This document shows, piece by piece, positions 51,629-62,700 of a stretch of 64,000 nucleotides of DNA. A program made the translations under genes and the position numbers. The stretch's first letter is position 1, and the number at the start of each line of letters is the position of its first letter. The stretch is from Nitrospirota bacterium (GTDB lineage: Bacteria; Nitrospirota; UBA9217): NCBI GenBank assembly GCA_963737155.1, contig CAVTRN010000002.1, forward strand, positions 704,001-768,000. Reading direction: 5' to 3'. The notes beneath the pieces are model-generated. The model ran no database searches. It saw only the letters and a list, made by a program, of their open reading frames with translations, and was not told the origin of the DNA.

Positions 51629-52036
51629 CTAGAACCTGTACTTCAACACTATTTGGATATTCTTGATATCGTCTATCGGATTAAGACTGACTCTGTCAAA
51701 CGATGGAACAAGACTCCATATAACTTTATCGCCGTCTTTGCTCAGTGGCAATGCAGCACTGTGTTCAAAGCATTCGTTCAGAGAGCCGGAAGATATATCC
51801 TTGCCTGCAAAAGCGGCGTTCACGCCGCCGAGGTTTGTGGAATTTCCAGCGAAACATCCACTACTAATCCCTACGGATGTTTTTGTTGGCGGTTCATATG
51901 CTGGTTCCATCGCCTGAGCTATACCAGACGCAGACTGCAAGCCCACGTCATTCGCTGCAGCAAGAGAAGCAGTAGCGAAGAACATGGCGATGAAAAAAGC
52001 CGCTAAATATTTCCGGAAACCATTGAATAATAACAT
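51629..52036 (-). CDS. Exported hypothetical protein
   Basis: Signal peptide and C-terminal IVLKYRF. Confidence 0.6.
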   Translation of the reverse strand: MLLFNGFRKYLAAFFIAMFFATASLAAANDVGLQSASGIAQAMEPAYEPPTKTSVGISSGCFAGNSTNLGGVNAAFAGKDISSGSLNECFEHSAALPLSKDGDKVIWSLVPSFDRVSLNPIDDIKNIQIVLKYRF

Positions 52037-52599
52037 GAATATAATCCACCCGCTAATTCTATTTTATAATAGAATGGTTATAATTTACCTTTTTTGAGGT
52101 CGGATGTCAATAGTGAACATCAACTTTCATGCTACCAGCTGTCGTTGCAGGCTCAGAGTTCTTTTTTTTCAACCGCCAGCCATCATGGATCAACCTGTAG
52201 TATTACGTGTACAGCGCAGGACTAATCGATTCATGTCCGACTGAGGGATTTCAGCAGTTCATCCACGTAGCGCGAGGGACGAGTAGACCTCATAGCCGAA
52301 ACGTCTTCCGCTGAATTTCTACAGACATTGTGGCCGCTGCGCGACGAGCGCGGCTCGACACCTGGATCCGGCGTGGCGTGGCACTGATACGACTACATGT
52401 GCCTTGTTACTACGTCGGCCATGATCGCATTGCCATCCTGCAATGTCACGGGGCGGAGGTTGTCGAACTCCTCTCTTATGCCCCAGTCCAAGCATTTGCT
52501 AGCCGAAAAAAGGCATGCAACTGCGGTGATATAATGGAAATATCACCACGTTTGGCAGGCTTTACTGATGTGCTGCAATGTAGCATGTTTAGGGGGAAA

Positions 52600-53748
52600 A
52601 TGGCGATGCCGATCCTCGCAGCCATAGTAGGCATCACTCTTATCATTATTGTGCTGGCTGATGCCTTTGAAACCGTAGTTTTCCCGCGCCGGGTGACTAG
52701 ACGCATAAGGCTTGTGCGTCTCTTTTATCGGACCACATGGCGACTATGGACCACACTAGTCCTTGCGCTTGCGACTAGAAAACGCCAGGAAAATTACTTG
52801 AGTTACTTTGGCCCACTTTCACTCCCGTTGCTGCTGGGATTTTGGGCCAGCGTCCTGATCTCAGGTTTCGCGCTGCTCTACTGGGCGCCGGGTAACTCCT
52901 TGAAAACACCAGAGGGCATTGCAACTTTTGGCACCTGCCTCTATTTTAGCGGTACAACTTTTTTTACACTGGGCCTTGGTGATATCGCGCCCTATATTCC
53001 CCTTGCGCGGGCTCTAACCGTGATCGAAGTTGGTGTAGGCTTCGGTTTTTTAGCCATTGTAATCAGCTACCTGCCGGCGCTTAATCAATCCTTCTCGAAA
53101 AGAGAGGTTAACATCTCGCTCCTGGATGCGCGTGCGGGCTCGCCTCCCACGGCCACTGAAATGCTACGGCGCCAATCGCAGGACGCCGCAACGGAATCGC
53201 TGACGCGGCTCCTTCGAGAATGGGAACAATGGTCCGCGGAAATACTGGAAAGTCATCTCTCCTATCCGGTCCTCGTGTATTTCCGTTCCCAGCACGATAA
53301 TCAATCATGGCTCGCGGCGCTGACCTCCATCCTTGATGCCTGCGCCTTCGTTATGACCAACTTACAAGGAACGTGCGTGCGCCAGGCGCAATTGACCTTT
53401 GCCATGGCCCGCCATGCTGTCGTTGATCTCTCGCTCGTGTTGCATGTCGCGCCCGAGGACCTGCTGATCGACCGGTTGCCGCCGAGAGAACTTGCTTCGA
53501 TGCGCGCGACGCTCGCGGCTGAGGGCATGCAACTCCGGGAGGACGCGGAGGTGGCCCCGCGGCTTAAAGAACTGCGACAGATGTACGAACCCTATGTGTA
53601 TTCACTTTCCCATCGCTTGCATCTGTCAGTGCCACCCTGGGTGTCAGAAACTAGCAGGCTGGACAACTGGAAAATTAGCGCTTGGGGAAATCATAGCGGT
53701 ATGAAACGGACAGAAGGGATTGAAAAACGGGATGAAGAGCATTTCTGA
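52600..53748 (+). CDS. Potassium channel family (two-TM pore) protein
   Basis: LYFSGTTFFTLGLGDIAP pore loop; LESHLSYPVLVYFRSQHDNQSWL. Confidence 0.85.
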   Translation: MAMPILAAIVGITLIIIVLADAFETVVFPRRVTRRIRLVRLFYRTTWRLWTTLVLALATRKRQENYLSYFGPLSLPLLLGFWASVLISGFALLYWAPGNSLKTPEGIATFGTCLYFSGTTFFTLGLGDIAPYIPLARALTVIEVGVGFGFLAIVISYLPALNQSFSKREVNISLLDARAGSPPTATEMLRRQSQDAATESLTRLLREWEQWSAEILESHLSYPVLVYFRSQHDNQSWLAALTSILDACAFVMTNLQGTCVRQAQLTFAMARHAVVDLSLVLHVAPEDLLIDRLPPRELASMRATLAAEGMQLREDAEVAPRLKELRQMYEPYVYSLSHRLHLSVPPWVSETSRLDNWKISAWGNHSGMKRTEGIEKRDEEHF

Positions 53749-54381
53749 TCATGTATCTATTTGAAATAAATTAACCAGCCCAATTTGAGGTAATCAATCG
53801 AAATAATGTTGGAAAGCACGGCGAAGTTAGGGAAGCCAGCAGAAGGACAGCGGTACTGAAGCTATTTCCGTTAGCCGAGCAATCATTCAGGTGTCGACTC
53901 TGGAATACAGTAACAACGATGGTGGTCTGGACTTTATCTCATACATCAATTGCAACCATCAAGTAACGCACTAGACTCAGAGGGACAGGCAATACTGTAT
54001 TGAGAGGTTGTTGTAGCATTTTTGCAGTGCCGGATGGAATCTTGGATTCAACAATTGTAGGTATTAACGGATGCATACTCCCTGAAAGGGCTTCCTGGGT
54101 CCCTATGCGAATTCCCCTCGTACTGTGTCACTTATTTCGCAGCAGTTTCTTGATCCGTTTGGAAGACAGTAGATGTCATTATAGGGAGTTATGATGAAGA
54201 CCGAAATGACGAGGAATGCAGTTTTAACGAGATGGGGATTTTAGCGATGCTCTTCTCGATAACTTCTTAGTAGAGGATTACAATCTGTCTCAACTGAAAT
54301 GTAAAAAAGAGGAATGAAGAGGAATAGGGGTATGACAGCCATGCTAGGTTGCCTGAACATGGTCGTACGTGACTTTTCTTG

Positions 54382-54754
54382 TTAGAGCAATATTGCCAAG
54401 AATGACAAGCCCGTTCCTTGAAGGGCCATCTCAATAAAAGCCCCGGAGACAGCCTTGGTCACAACCTTGAAGGCTTTTGTCGTCGCCTGATGGACTACCT
54501 GGTCGTTGGTGACCGTTTTTGCGGGATGATAAAAGCCTGCTCTCTCAAGGGTGTTCAGGATGTCCCTGGTAATGAATCTCTGCCGGATGATAGTGAATCA
54601 AAAGACTGCCTGTTGTAGTATTGAAATCGGTGGTTCCAATGCCATGCCCCATATTCACGAGAGCTTTCTGTACATCATAATGGACGGCGCTGTTCTTAAA
54701 TAATGGATTTTTGAGACGCAACCTGCCAGGAACGTTATGAACATAACAGTTCAT
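54382..54754 (-). pseudogene. HMA2-domain protein with a single +1 frameshift
   Basis: MNCYVHNVPGRLRLK...NTTTGSLLIHY; removing one base near 54564-54566 restores DILNTLERAGF...GTGLSFLAILL*. Confidence 0.8.
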
Positions 54755-54797
54755 GTGTCCGTACCTCCTTTTCTATGGTCTAAGTATAAAACTGATT

Positions 54798-54837
54798 TGT
54801 TACAGTCATATGAAGCAAATGTTACAGTTATGTTACA
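54798..54837. promoter_or_regulatory. 11-bp-phased TGTTACA direct repeats (OmpR/PhoB-type box)
   Basis: TGTTACA at 54798, 54820 and 54831, upstream of the HMA2 gene. Confidence 0.5.
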
Positions 54838-55261
54838 TAATTCAGGTGTGATGAGATTATTGAAAAAGACCATAAGTACCAGGTGAGAACAAAACTCAAA
54901 AACACCGGTAGCCATTAAGGAAAAGCAAGGACGGTATCAATCGCTGGACCATCCTTGGAAGAGACTCAGAAGAGCATCGGAACAACTTCCCGTTGCTTCC
55001 TAAAGGCGGACATTTTTGTTTTGCTAAGAGTAGGCAATTCTACGTTGCCTTGACAAGCTCTTGAACTCATCTTGTGTAGCTGCTATACTCACTTCGACGT
55101 TTACGAAGATACATACCGAGGAGAGGCTACGTAGACTGGAAACTACTGCTTGCTTATTATTATTGAACTGTTGATCAGGAACTGCTCCTTTTTTAATTAA
55201 TCCCTGGTGACAGAAAACCGCATATGATGCTATCAGTATCAAGTGCTTTCTCCAGATTCCC

Positions 55262-55327
55262 GATGGTGAGCGAATAACCTTGGCAGAGATCGGAAAGCAC
55301 TTGGGGAAACAGGCATTGGCCGATGTG
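55262..55327 (+). mobile_element. Tiny transposase/integrase remnant
   Basis: DGERITLAEIGKHLGKQALADV resembles a segment recalled from rve-type IS transposases. Confidence 0.45.
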
Positions 55328-55586
55328 ATTATGGGCCAGTTCCAAATCTGATGCTTTCAAGTCGAAATAAATCGTAACCATAATCAATTGTAACTATGGC
55401 TTTATTTTGCAAAAGATTGGAGGCTGTAATCAACTCTAAGAGAGAGTATTTTTTACGCAACGTCAACATTTTGTCTCGCGGCATCTGTTTTTGCGACTGG
55501 TATGTAATTACCAATAAGCGAGACTCTAAGTATGATTCAACAGCCATGCTAATGGTCTAGTATTTTTAATTTGTATAGGAGTACTT

Positions 55587-56597
55587 ATGTCCCATGTGCT
55601 CATGCTTTTTATCGCTCTCGCTGTCATTCTTCTTGGTGCTACTGTATTTACAAACGGGCTGGAGTGGTTCGGAAAGAAGATGAACCTTTCCGATGGGGCT
55701 GTCGGAAGCATCTTCGCTGCTGTTGGCACCGCTTTGCCGGAAACCCTCATCCCCCTTATCGCGATTCTTTTCGGTACCAAAGATGCTGGTCACAAAATCG
55801 GTGTTGGTGCCATAATTGGTGCCCCGTTTATGCTAGGGACACTGGCGTACTTCATCAGTGGCCTCGCTGTGATGGTTAACAGAAAAAAACGGGATGATTA
55901 TCCCACTATGCGGGTTGATGCGATCGTTATGCGCCGGGATATCGAATATTTTCTCGTTCTCTACAGCGTTGCCATTGTCAGCACCTTCTTACTAAATCAT
56001 CCTGTTTTCAAAGTTGCTATTGCCCTCATCTTGTTACTTTCATATGGAGCTTATGTTTTAAAAACCCTTACGGGCACGAGCGGAAATCATGTGGTCGAAG
56101 AAGCAGATCTGGATCCGTGTTATTTCGCCCCAAAGTCCCACGACCCCAATTTCCCCATAATTGTAGTTCAGGTTATGAGTTCCTTACTCTTGATTGTCTG
56201 GGGAGCCTACATTTTCGTTGAGAAAGTTCAGATAATATCTGGGCAAATTGGGGTATCACCGTTTATCCTTTCCATGGTTATTGCACCGATTGCGACAGAA
56301 TTGCCGGAGAAGTTCAATAGTGTAATTTGGATTAATAAAGGAAAAGATACCCTCGCAATCGGAAACATCACTGGCGCAATGGTATTTCAAGGTTCCGTAA
56401 TTACCGCCATTGGAATCTTAATGACTGAATGGGACCTGACGCCTGCGGCGTTCATAACAGTCATTCTGACCTTTGCTTCGGTTGGTTTGGCTTATTGGCA
56501 AATACGCGCACAGAATAAGCTGACACCATATGCGCTTCTAGCTGGCGGTGCTTTTTATCTCATCTTTATTGTGCTGGTATTGATAGGAAGGATTTAA
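55587..56597 (+). CDS. Sodium:calcium antiporter (CaCA/YrbG family)
   Basis: Alpha repeats AVGTALPE and PIATELPE; GNITGAMVFQ. Confidence 0.92.
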   Translation: MSHVLMLFIALAVILLGATVFTNGLEWFGKKMNLSDGAVGSIFAAVGTALPETLIPLIAILFGTKDAGHKIGVGAIIGAPFMLGTLAYFISGLAVMVNRKKRDDYPTMRVDAIVMRRDIEYFLVLYSVAIVSTFLLNHPVFKVAIALILLLSYGAYVLKTLTGTSGNHVVEEADLDPCYFAPKSHDPNFPIIVVQVMSSLLLIVWGAYIFVEKVQIISGQIGVSPFILSMVIAPIATELPEKFNSVIWINKGKDTLAIGNITGAMVFQGSVITAIGILMTEWDLTPAAFITVILTFASVGLAYWQIRAQNKLTPYALLAGGAFYLIFIVLVLIGRI

Positions 56598-57629
56598 AAA
56601 GAGTTTATTGCGTACCATTTGCAACTCAGTGGACCCTGCCTCGCGCAGTAGTTTACTTCTGCATTCCATCAATACAAGATTCCACAAAGCACGTGCCACG
56701 TACGAACTCAAATACAACGGTCCGGTTAAGAAAATATTATTCGGAATATTGTACGTGATGAAGTGCTCGGAACTCTTACGTGCGGGGTTTCCTGGGATAA
56801 TGATCGACTTTATTATGCAAGTTAACAATATGGCTTTTGAGCATATATCCATGAACGCTGCAGCCACATACGCTTTCCCTCACGCTGCACTCATTATCTG
56901 ACGAATAAAAAGACAATTCGAACATGGATTATCCACGTTCTACTGGTCGCCATGCCGAAGAACGCGTTGTGTTTCTACTCGGCTAAGTTCAGTCCGATGA
57001 TCAGATATCCCATAGAACCGCGAATATGGTTCTAAATTGACAAATATCCCGAAGCCTGATATCTTTTAGAATATACAGACTAAACCTTCTGCTCAAACTT
57101 TAAGTTACCTATGAATATATTCTTGGCGGCAGGTTTCTGTTTTGCGTAGGCTGTAAATAAACATATTCCCTGTTGTACTTATCCTCCCATCTATTCATTT
57201 TTACATATATATATATCTGGAGTCTGCGGCGGTTTCTTCTTTTTGAAAGAAACGCTGAATACACGGCACAATCGTCATACAGGTAATAGGGAAGCAGTGA
57301 ATTCTGATATTGTCTTACTCAACGATATACTCCACGATCACAGTGACCGTATTCTTTCGTGGTGGATCGCATAGGGCGTTGAAGCCTGATGGAATGCTAT
57401 TCTTTTCGGATCAACACAGGCAAGAAAAAGATATAATAGCCAAAATAACCGGCGCAGGCCTGTTCAAGCTGTAAACAGGGGGGAAAGAATAGCTATAGCT
57501 TGTGAGAACAAGATAAATATTCAAAATGGTTTTTGCCTCCTCCTCTGGCTCTTTGCCATCTGTACGATTATCTAGTTCATGCTACGATTCAGCGAGGTGT
57601 GCATTTTTGTACTTGGAGAGGAGAATTTC

Positions 57630-58385
57630 ATGGACTACTATTATAACCATGTGCCGGGCAGATTAAGAATTCAAACGCCATTCATCCACGGTAGCCCGCA
57701 AAATGCAGCCACTTTTGAAAAGAATATACTGGGCCTGGAAGGGATAACGTCGGTCGAAACCAACCCTGTTACCGGCAGCGCATTAATTCTTTTCGATGAA
57801 AAGAAGATCGAATACGGGCAGATCATCAGCTTTCTCGAAAAACAGGGTTACTTTATTCTTTCTAAAGCAAAGACGTTTGATATGGACTACTATTATAACT
57901 ATATGCCGGGCAGATTAAGAATTCAAACGCCATTCATCCACGGTAGCCCGCAAAATGCGACGATTTTTGAAAAGTATATACAGGGCTTGGAAGGGATAAC
58001 GTCGGTTGAAACCAACCCTGTTACCGGCAGCGCACTGATTCTATTCGATGAAAAGAAGATCAAATACGAGCAGATCACAAGCTTTCTCGAAAAACAGGGT
58101 TACTTTATTCTCTCTAAAGCAAAGGCGTCTGATATGGACTACTATTATCACTATGTGCCGGGCAGATTAAGAATTCAAACGCCATTCATCCGCGGTAACC
58201 CGCAAAATGCGGCGATTTTTGAAAAGAATATACAGGGCTTGGAAGGGATAACGTCGGTTGAAACCAACCCTGTTACCGGCAGCGCATTAATTCTTTTCGA
58301 TGAAAAGAGAATCAAATACGAGCAGATCACCAGCTTTCTCGAAAAACAGGGTTATTTTATTCTGTCTAAGGCTAAGACGTCTGAT
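57630..58385 (+). repeat. Three near-identical 252-bp tandem repeats
   Basis: Units start with ATGGACTACTATTAT at 57630, 57882 and 58134. Confidence 0.95.
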
Positions 58386-58475
58386 GAAGTTATCGAGCAG
58401 GCAGCGGAAAAGGTGCTTGATGTGGCAGAGAAGATAGTAGTCGACTCGGTTGATGGTGGGATTGAAGATGTTTGA
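57630..58475 (+). CDS. Protein of three tandem HMA2 domains plus an acidic tail
   Basis: GAGGAG SD before ATG 57630; three 84-aa units (PGRLRI...NPVTGSALILFD). Confidence 0.88.
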   Translation: MDYYYNHVPGRLRIQTPFIHGSPQNAATFEKNILGLEGITSVETNPVTGSALILFDEKKIEYGQIISFLEKQGYFILSKAKTFDMDYYYNYMPGRLRIQTPFIHGSPQNATIFEKYIQGLEGITSVETNPVTGSALILFDEKKIKYEQITSFLEKQGYFILSKAKASDMDYYYHYVPGRLRIQTPFIRGNPQNAAIFEKNIQGLEGITSVETNPVTGSALILFDEKRIKYEQITSFLEKQGYFILSKAKTSDEVIEQAAEKVLDVAEKIVVDSVDGGIEDV

Positions 58476-58648
58476 TGTAGCTGTGCTTCCACGCAAATGA
58501 CGCCAAATAATAGATTTATGGAGTGTAATTAGTCGCCCCTTCTACAATATCTACTATTAAGGTCCTCATAGTGTCCTGACGGCGTAGATAGTTAGAATTA
58601 TTTTGTAATAAAAAAATTATATTTTATTCCTCTGAAAGGAGTTCGTGC

Positions 58649-59287
58649 ATGATGATTCGGACACTTAACATCGGTCTCCCGAAAAAGGAGTTGTTTCATG
58701 GGAAGGAGTTCATTACGGGCATGTGCAAAAAGCCCGTTACAATCCCTGTTATGCTGACGAAGCAGGGCCTTGAAGGAGACGGCGTCGGCGACCTGAAGCA
58801 CCACGGTGGAAGCGACAAGGCCGTTTGTGTCTACGCCATCAATTACTACGAGTACTGGGAAAAGTTACTCGGAAGAAAAATGACCGATGCGGCATTTGGT
58901 GAGAATTTTTCCGTAACGGATATGAAAGAGGATGATGTCTGTATCGGCGATATTTACCGAGCGGGCATGGCGACTGTGCAGGTGAGTCAGCCCCGCCAGC
59001 CATGCTCGACGCTGGCGGCCCGATACGGCCGGGGGGATTTCGTGAAGCTTGTCGTCGATTCCGGCCGAACGGGTTTCTACTTCAGGGTGCTTGAAGGCGG
59101 AAGGGTAAAGGCCGGTGACGGTCTCTTCCTCGTTGAAGAGGATCCACGCCGGGTATCGATCACTTTTGCCAATCGCATCTATCATTACGATAGAAAAAAC
59201 CGCGAAGGAATCGAGAAGGTTCTTGCGGTTCCCGCTCTTTCGGAATCATGGCAGAAATCGTTTCTAGAATTAAAAGACCGGGCATAG
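58649..59287 (+). CDS. MOSC domain protein (YiiM-like)
   Basis: HHGGSDKAV, FGENF, VSQPRQPC, GRTGFYFRVL; 3-alpha tail. Confidence 0.92.
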   Translation: MMIRTLNIGLPKKELFHGKEFITGMCKKPVTIPVMLTKQGLEGDGVGDLKHHGGSDKAVCVYAINYYEYWEKLLGRKMTDAAFGENFSVTDMKEDDVCIGDIYRAGMATVQVSQPRQPCSTLAARYGRGDFVKLVVDSGRTGFYFRVLEGGRVKAGDGLFLVEEDPRRVSITFANRIYHYDRKNREGIEKVLAVPALSESWQKSFLELKDRA

Positions 59288-59755
59288 CGCTCCGCCCGGC
59301 CGCGGCAATACTGCTTAAAATCGGATGTTTACTGATCCCCAGCCGAAAGTACCATGTAGATTTGATTATTCAGATTGAGTATTATATGTGCCGTTCAAAT
59401 CATTTTTGGCATGCAAATATCAACTTAGGACTATCCTGCATTTACTCTTAAATTACCTTATCTCTATATATAACATTGCTTGTAACTTTTCAATAAAGTA
59501 GCATTTCAAAAAAACCTTTCCCTGTTTTCTTCTCAGGACCTGCTATGCATGCTATACTTAAATCTATTCGATCAATCATGGATTCAAGTTAGGCCACATC
59601 TAATATGAACGGCCCAGGGCTGAAAAACCGAAGTTGTTCTGCCAAGGAAAACGGCTCTGCTGAATTATCCCGTCAAAGAATGCCGCTATTCGCGAGGTAG
59701 GGGCGCTTTCTACGGCTGCGGGGCCGTATCACCCTGCGGAGAACCGAGGGAAATT

Positions 59756-62700
59756 TTGCTGAACATCCTGCCCAAGAGACAGAATGCTTCGCTACAGGAA
59801 ACGCCGCAGCCGTACTGTGTGGGCGTGAACATCGGTGCGATCACGGTGAAGGCGGTGGCCTTGCGAGGGGGCGATGCCTTCTCCACGGTGGTGACCCATC
59901 AGGGCCGTCCTCTGGAGGTGCTCGGAGAAATACTCGCTGGGAAGGAGTTCAACGGTGCCGAATATTTCGGGGTATCTGGCCACAGGGGCCACATTTCCGA
60001 TGTTGCCGCCATTCAACGGGCGTTGGACGAACTGGGGGGTGATTTTGACGCGGTCGCCTCGCTAGGCGGCGAGTCCTTCCTGGTCTATCTTCTGGTTGAC
60101 GGAAGGATCTCGAATGTGCTTTCGCACAATAAATGCGCCGCCGGAAGCGGCGAATTTTTTGTGCAGCAGATCGGCCGGATGCAGCTCACGATTGAGGATG
60201 CTATCGAGCGCTCGTTTGTCGGGAAGGTCGTGCCACTGGCAAGCCGGTGCTCGGTCCATTGTAAGTCGGACATCACTCACAAGCTTAACCGGAAGGAAGC
60301 GAGCCCCGAAGACATCTTGCATACGTTGCATGACAGTATGGCTGACAAGGTGGTCTCGCTGCTCGAAAAGGCTCAGCGCCAGATCGATCGGGTGCTCGTC
60401 ATAGGAGGCGTATCCCGGAACGCTGCTCTCCTGTACGCCTTGCGAGAGAAGCTTCCCTCCACGGAATTCATCGTCCTTCCCGAGAGTCTTTGCTGGGAGG
60501 CCTGGGGGTGCGCTTTGCTCACCCGGGAGGAGCCTCGTTACAACTCTCCGAAGATCTCTCCTCAGCCGATGCCGGACAGTTATCCCCCGCTTCATCACCA
60601 GGCAGACCGGGTGCAGGTCATTGCGCCGCTGCAGCGGCAGCCGCATCCGGACCGCTTGCTGATCCTCGGTCTCGATGCGGGATCGACGACGACCAAGGCA
60701 GTCCTGCTCGATCCTGACACGAGGTGCGTGGTAGCATCGAACTACACCCGCACGCGAAGCGATCCCGTGGCCGCAACGCGCGAGTGCCTCAGGTCTGTCG
60801 CGCGTGAAGTCGGCAATCTCAGGGTCGGGCTGACCGGAACCACCGGCTCGGCTCGGGAACTTGTCGGCGCCTACTTGGGCACGGCCCATGTTTACAACGA
60901 GATTTCGGCCCATGCGACAGGAGCGAGCCACTTCGACCCTGACGTGGACACCATCTTCGAGATCGGCGGCCAGGACTCCAAGTACATCCGTCTCCGGAAC
61001 GGCGTACCCGTCGATTATGCGATGAACAATGCCTGCTCTGCCGGTACCGGTTCATTTCTGGAAGAGAGCGCTCAGGGAGACCTCGGCATAACGGTGTCGG
61101 ATATCGCCGAAAGCGCGCTGGCCGCAGCGTCTCCGGTGCAGTTAAAGGCGACCTGCGCGGCATTCATCAATTCCGACATCCGTATCGCGTTCCAACAGGG
61201 CCAGTCGCGAGAAAACATTGTGGCTGGGCTGGTTTACGCGATCGCCGCAAACTATCTCACCAAGGTCAAGGGGCCGCGTGCTTTGGGCAAAAAGGTGTTT
61301 CTGCAAGGCGGAGTTGCCCTGAACCGCGCCGTAGGCCATGCCTTTGCTCATAGCGTGGACCGCACGGTCGTGATTCCCCCTAACCCGGAACTTATGGGAG
61401 CGCTGGGCGTCGCGCTCCTTGCCCTGGGACGCTGCAACGGTAAGCTTGATGCCGCGACGGATCTGCTTTCCCTGTCTGCCCCAGAGATGGCTTCCCCGGG
61501 GCACTTCATTTGCAAGGCATGCCGGATGCACTGCAGCATCGACCGTTTTGAGGTAGCTGGCCGGCGTTTTCCCTTTGGCGGGCGCTGCAGCCTTTATGAA
61601 AATGTATGGAAAAGAAACGCCCGCGTTGTTGCCGCGCCGGACCTAGTCGGACAACGGGCTGAGTTGATCTTTGGAAAAAACGACACCAGCGGAGAAAGAC
61701 AGGCGCTGGAGCGCGGCCGACCTCGCATTGGAATTCCGAGAGCGCTCTTAACGCACTCACTCTATCCTCTTTTCTCAACTTTTTTCTCGAGTCTGGGACT
61801 GGAGGTGGTCTTGTCCGGTCTGGACCTCCATGGCGAGCTGAAGTCCTATTCAGGCTTTTGCTATCCCGCGCAGACAGCGCATGGCGCGGTCCTGGATCTT
61901 GCCAGGCAGAGTGTGGATCTGGTCTTCCTCCCTCATGTAAAACGTATGCCCCTGCCCGGCCTGTGCGATGATTCCTATCTCTGCCCGATCACCCAGGCCA
62001 GCCCCTTTTTCCTTGCCGCGGCATTTTCGGATGTCCGCTTCCTTTCTCCGGTCCTGGATTTCACTTGTGGCTACGAATGCGGTCCGGAAATGGAAGAGAT
62101 GATTGCTCGGGAGTTGGGAATCGGTCGCGAACAGATACGGCAAGCCTGGAAAGCGGCAAGGAGCGCCCAGATACGGACTGACTGCGCGATGCAAGAGCTC
62201 GGACAGCAGTTTCTTGAGCGTGCGCTGGCGGAAGGAAAGCCAGCGATCGTGCTTGCGGGCCGAAGCTACAACGCTTACGCGCCTGAGGCTTCCCAATCAG
62301 TCGGCAAAAAGCTCTCCAGCATGGGTATGGTGGCCATCCCCGCTGATTGCCTGGCACAGACCGAAGAGGGGCCCTTTGCCTGGCACTTCTCCAACCAGGT
62401 ATTGAACGCCATGGCTCTGGCTAAGAAGCATCCCAATCTGTTTCTGGTCTGCATCAGTAATTTCAGCTGCACCGTGGACGCCTTTACGCATGCCAAAGTC
62501 GCGTCCGAGATGGGTTCCAAACCCTACCTGATTCTTGAGATCGACGCGCACACAGCCGACGCCGGCGTCCAGACCCGCCTTGAGGCTTTCCTCGACATTG
62601 TTCATAACTATCAGGGTATGCCGGCCATCCAGAGTCGACAGTTCTCATTGTGCCGGGTCGGCGCCGGTAATACGGTCATCCGTTCTTCGGGGGAGACTGT

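Noticed and set aside
57278-57310. CAGGTAATAGGGAA resembling the start of a fourth cobalamin riboswitch
   Set aside because: No ACTGTAA core or B12 box follows.
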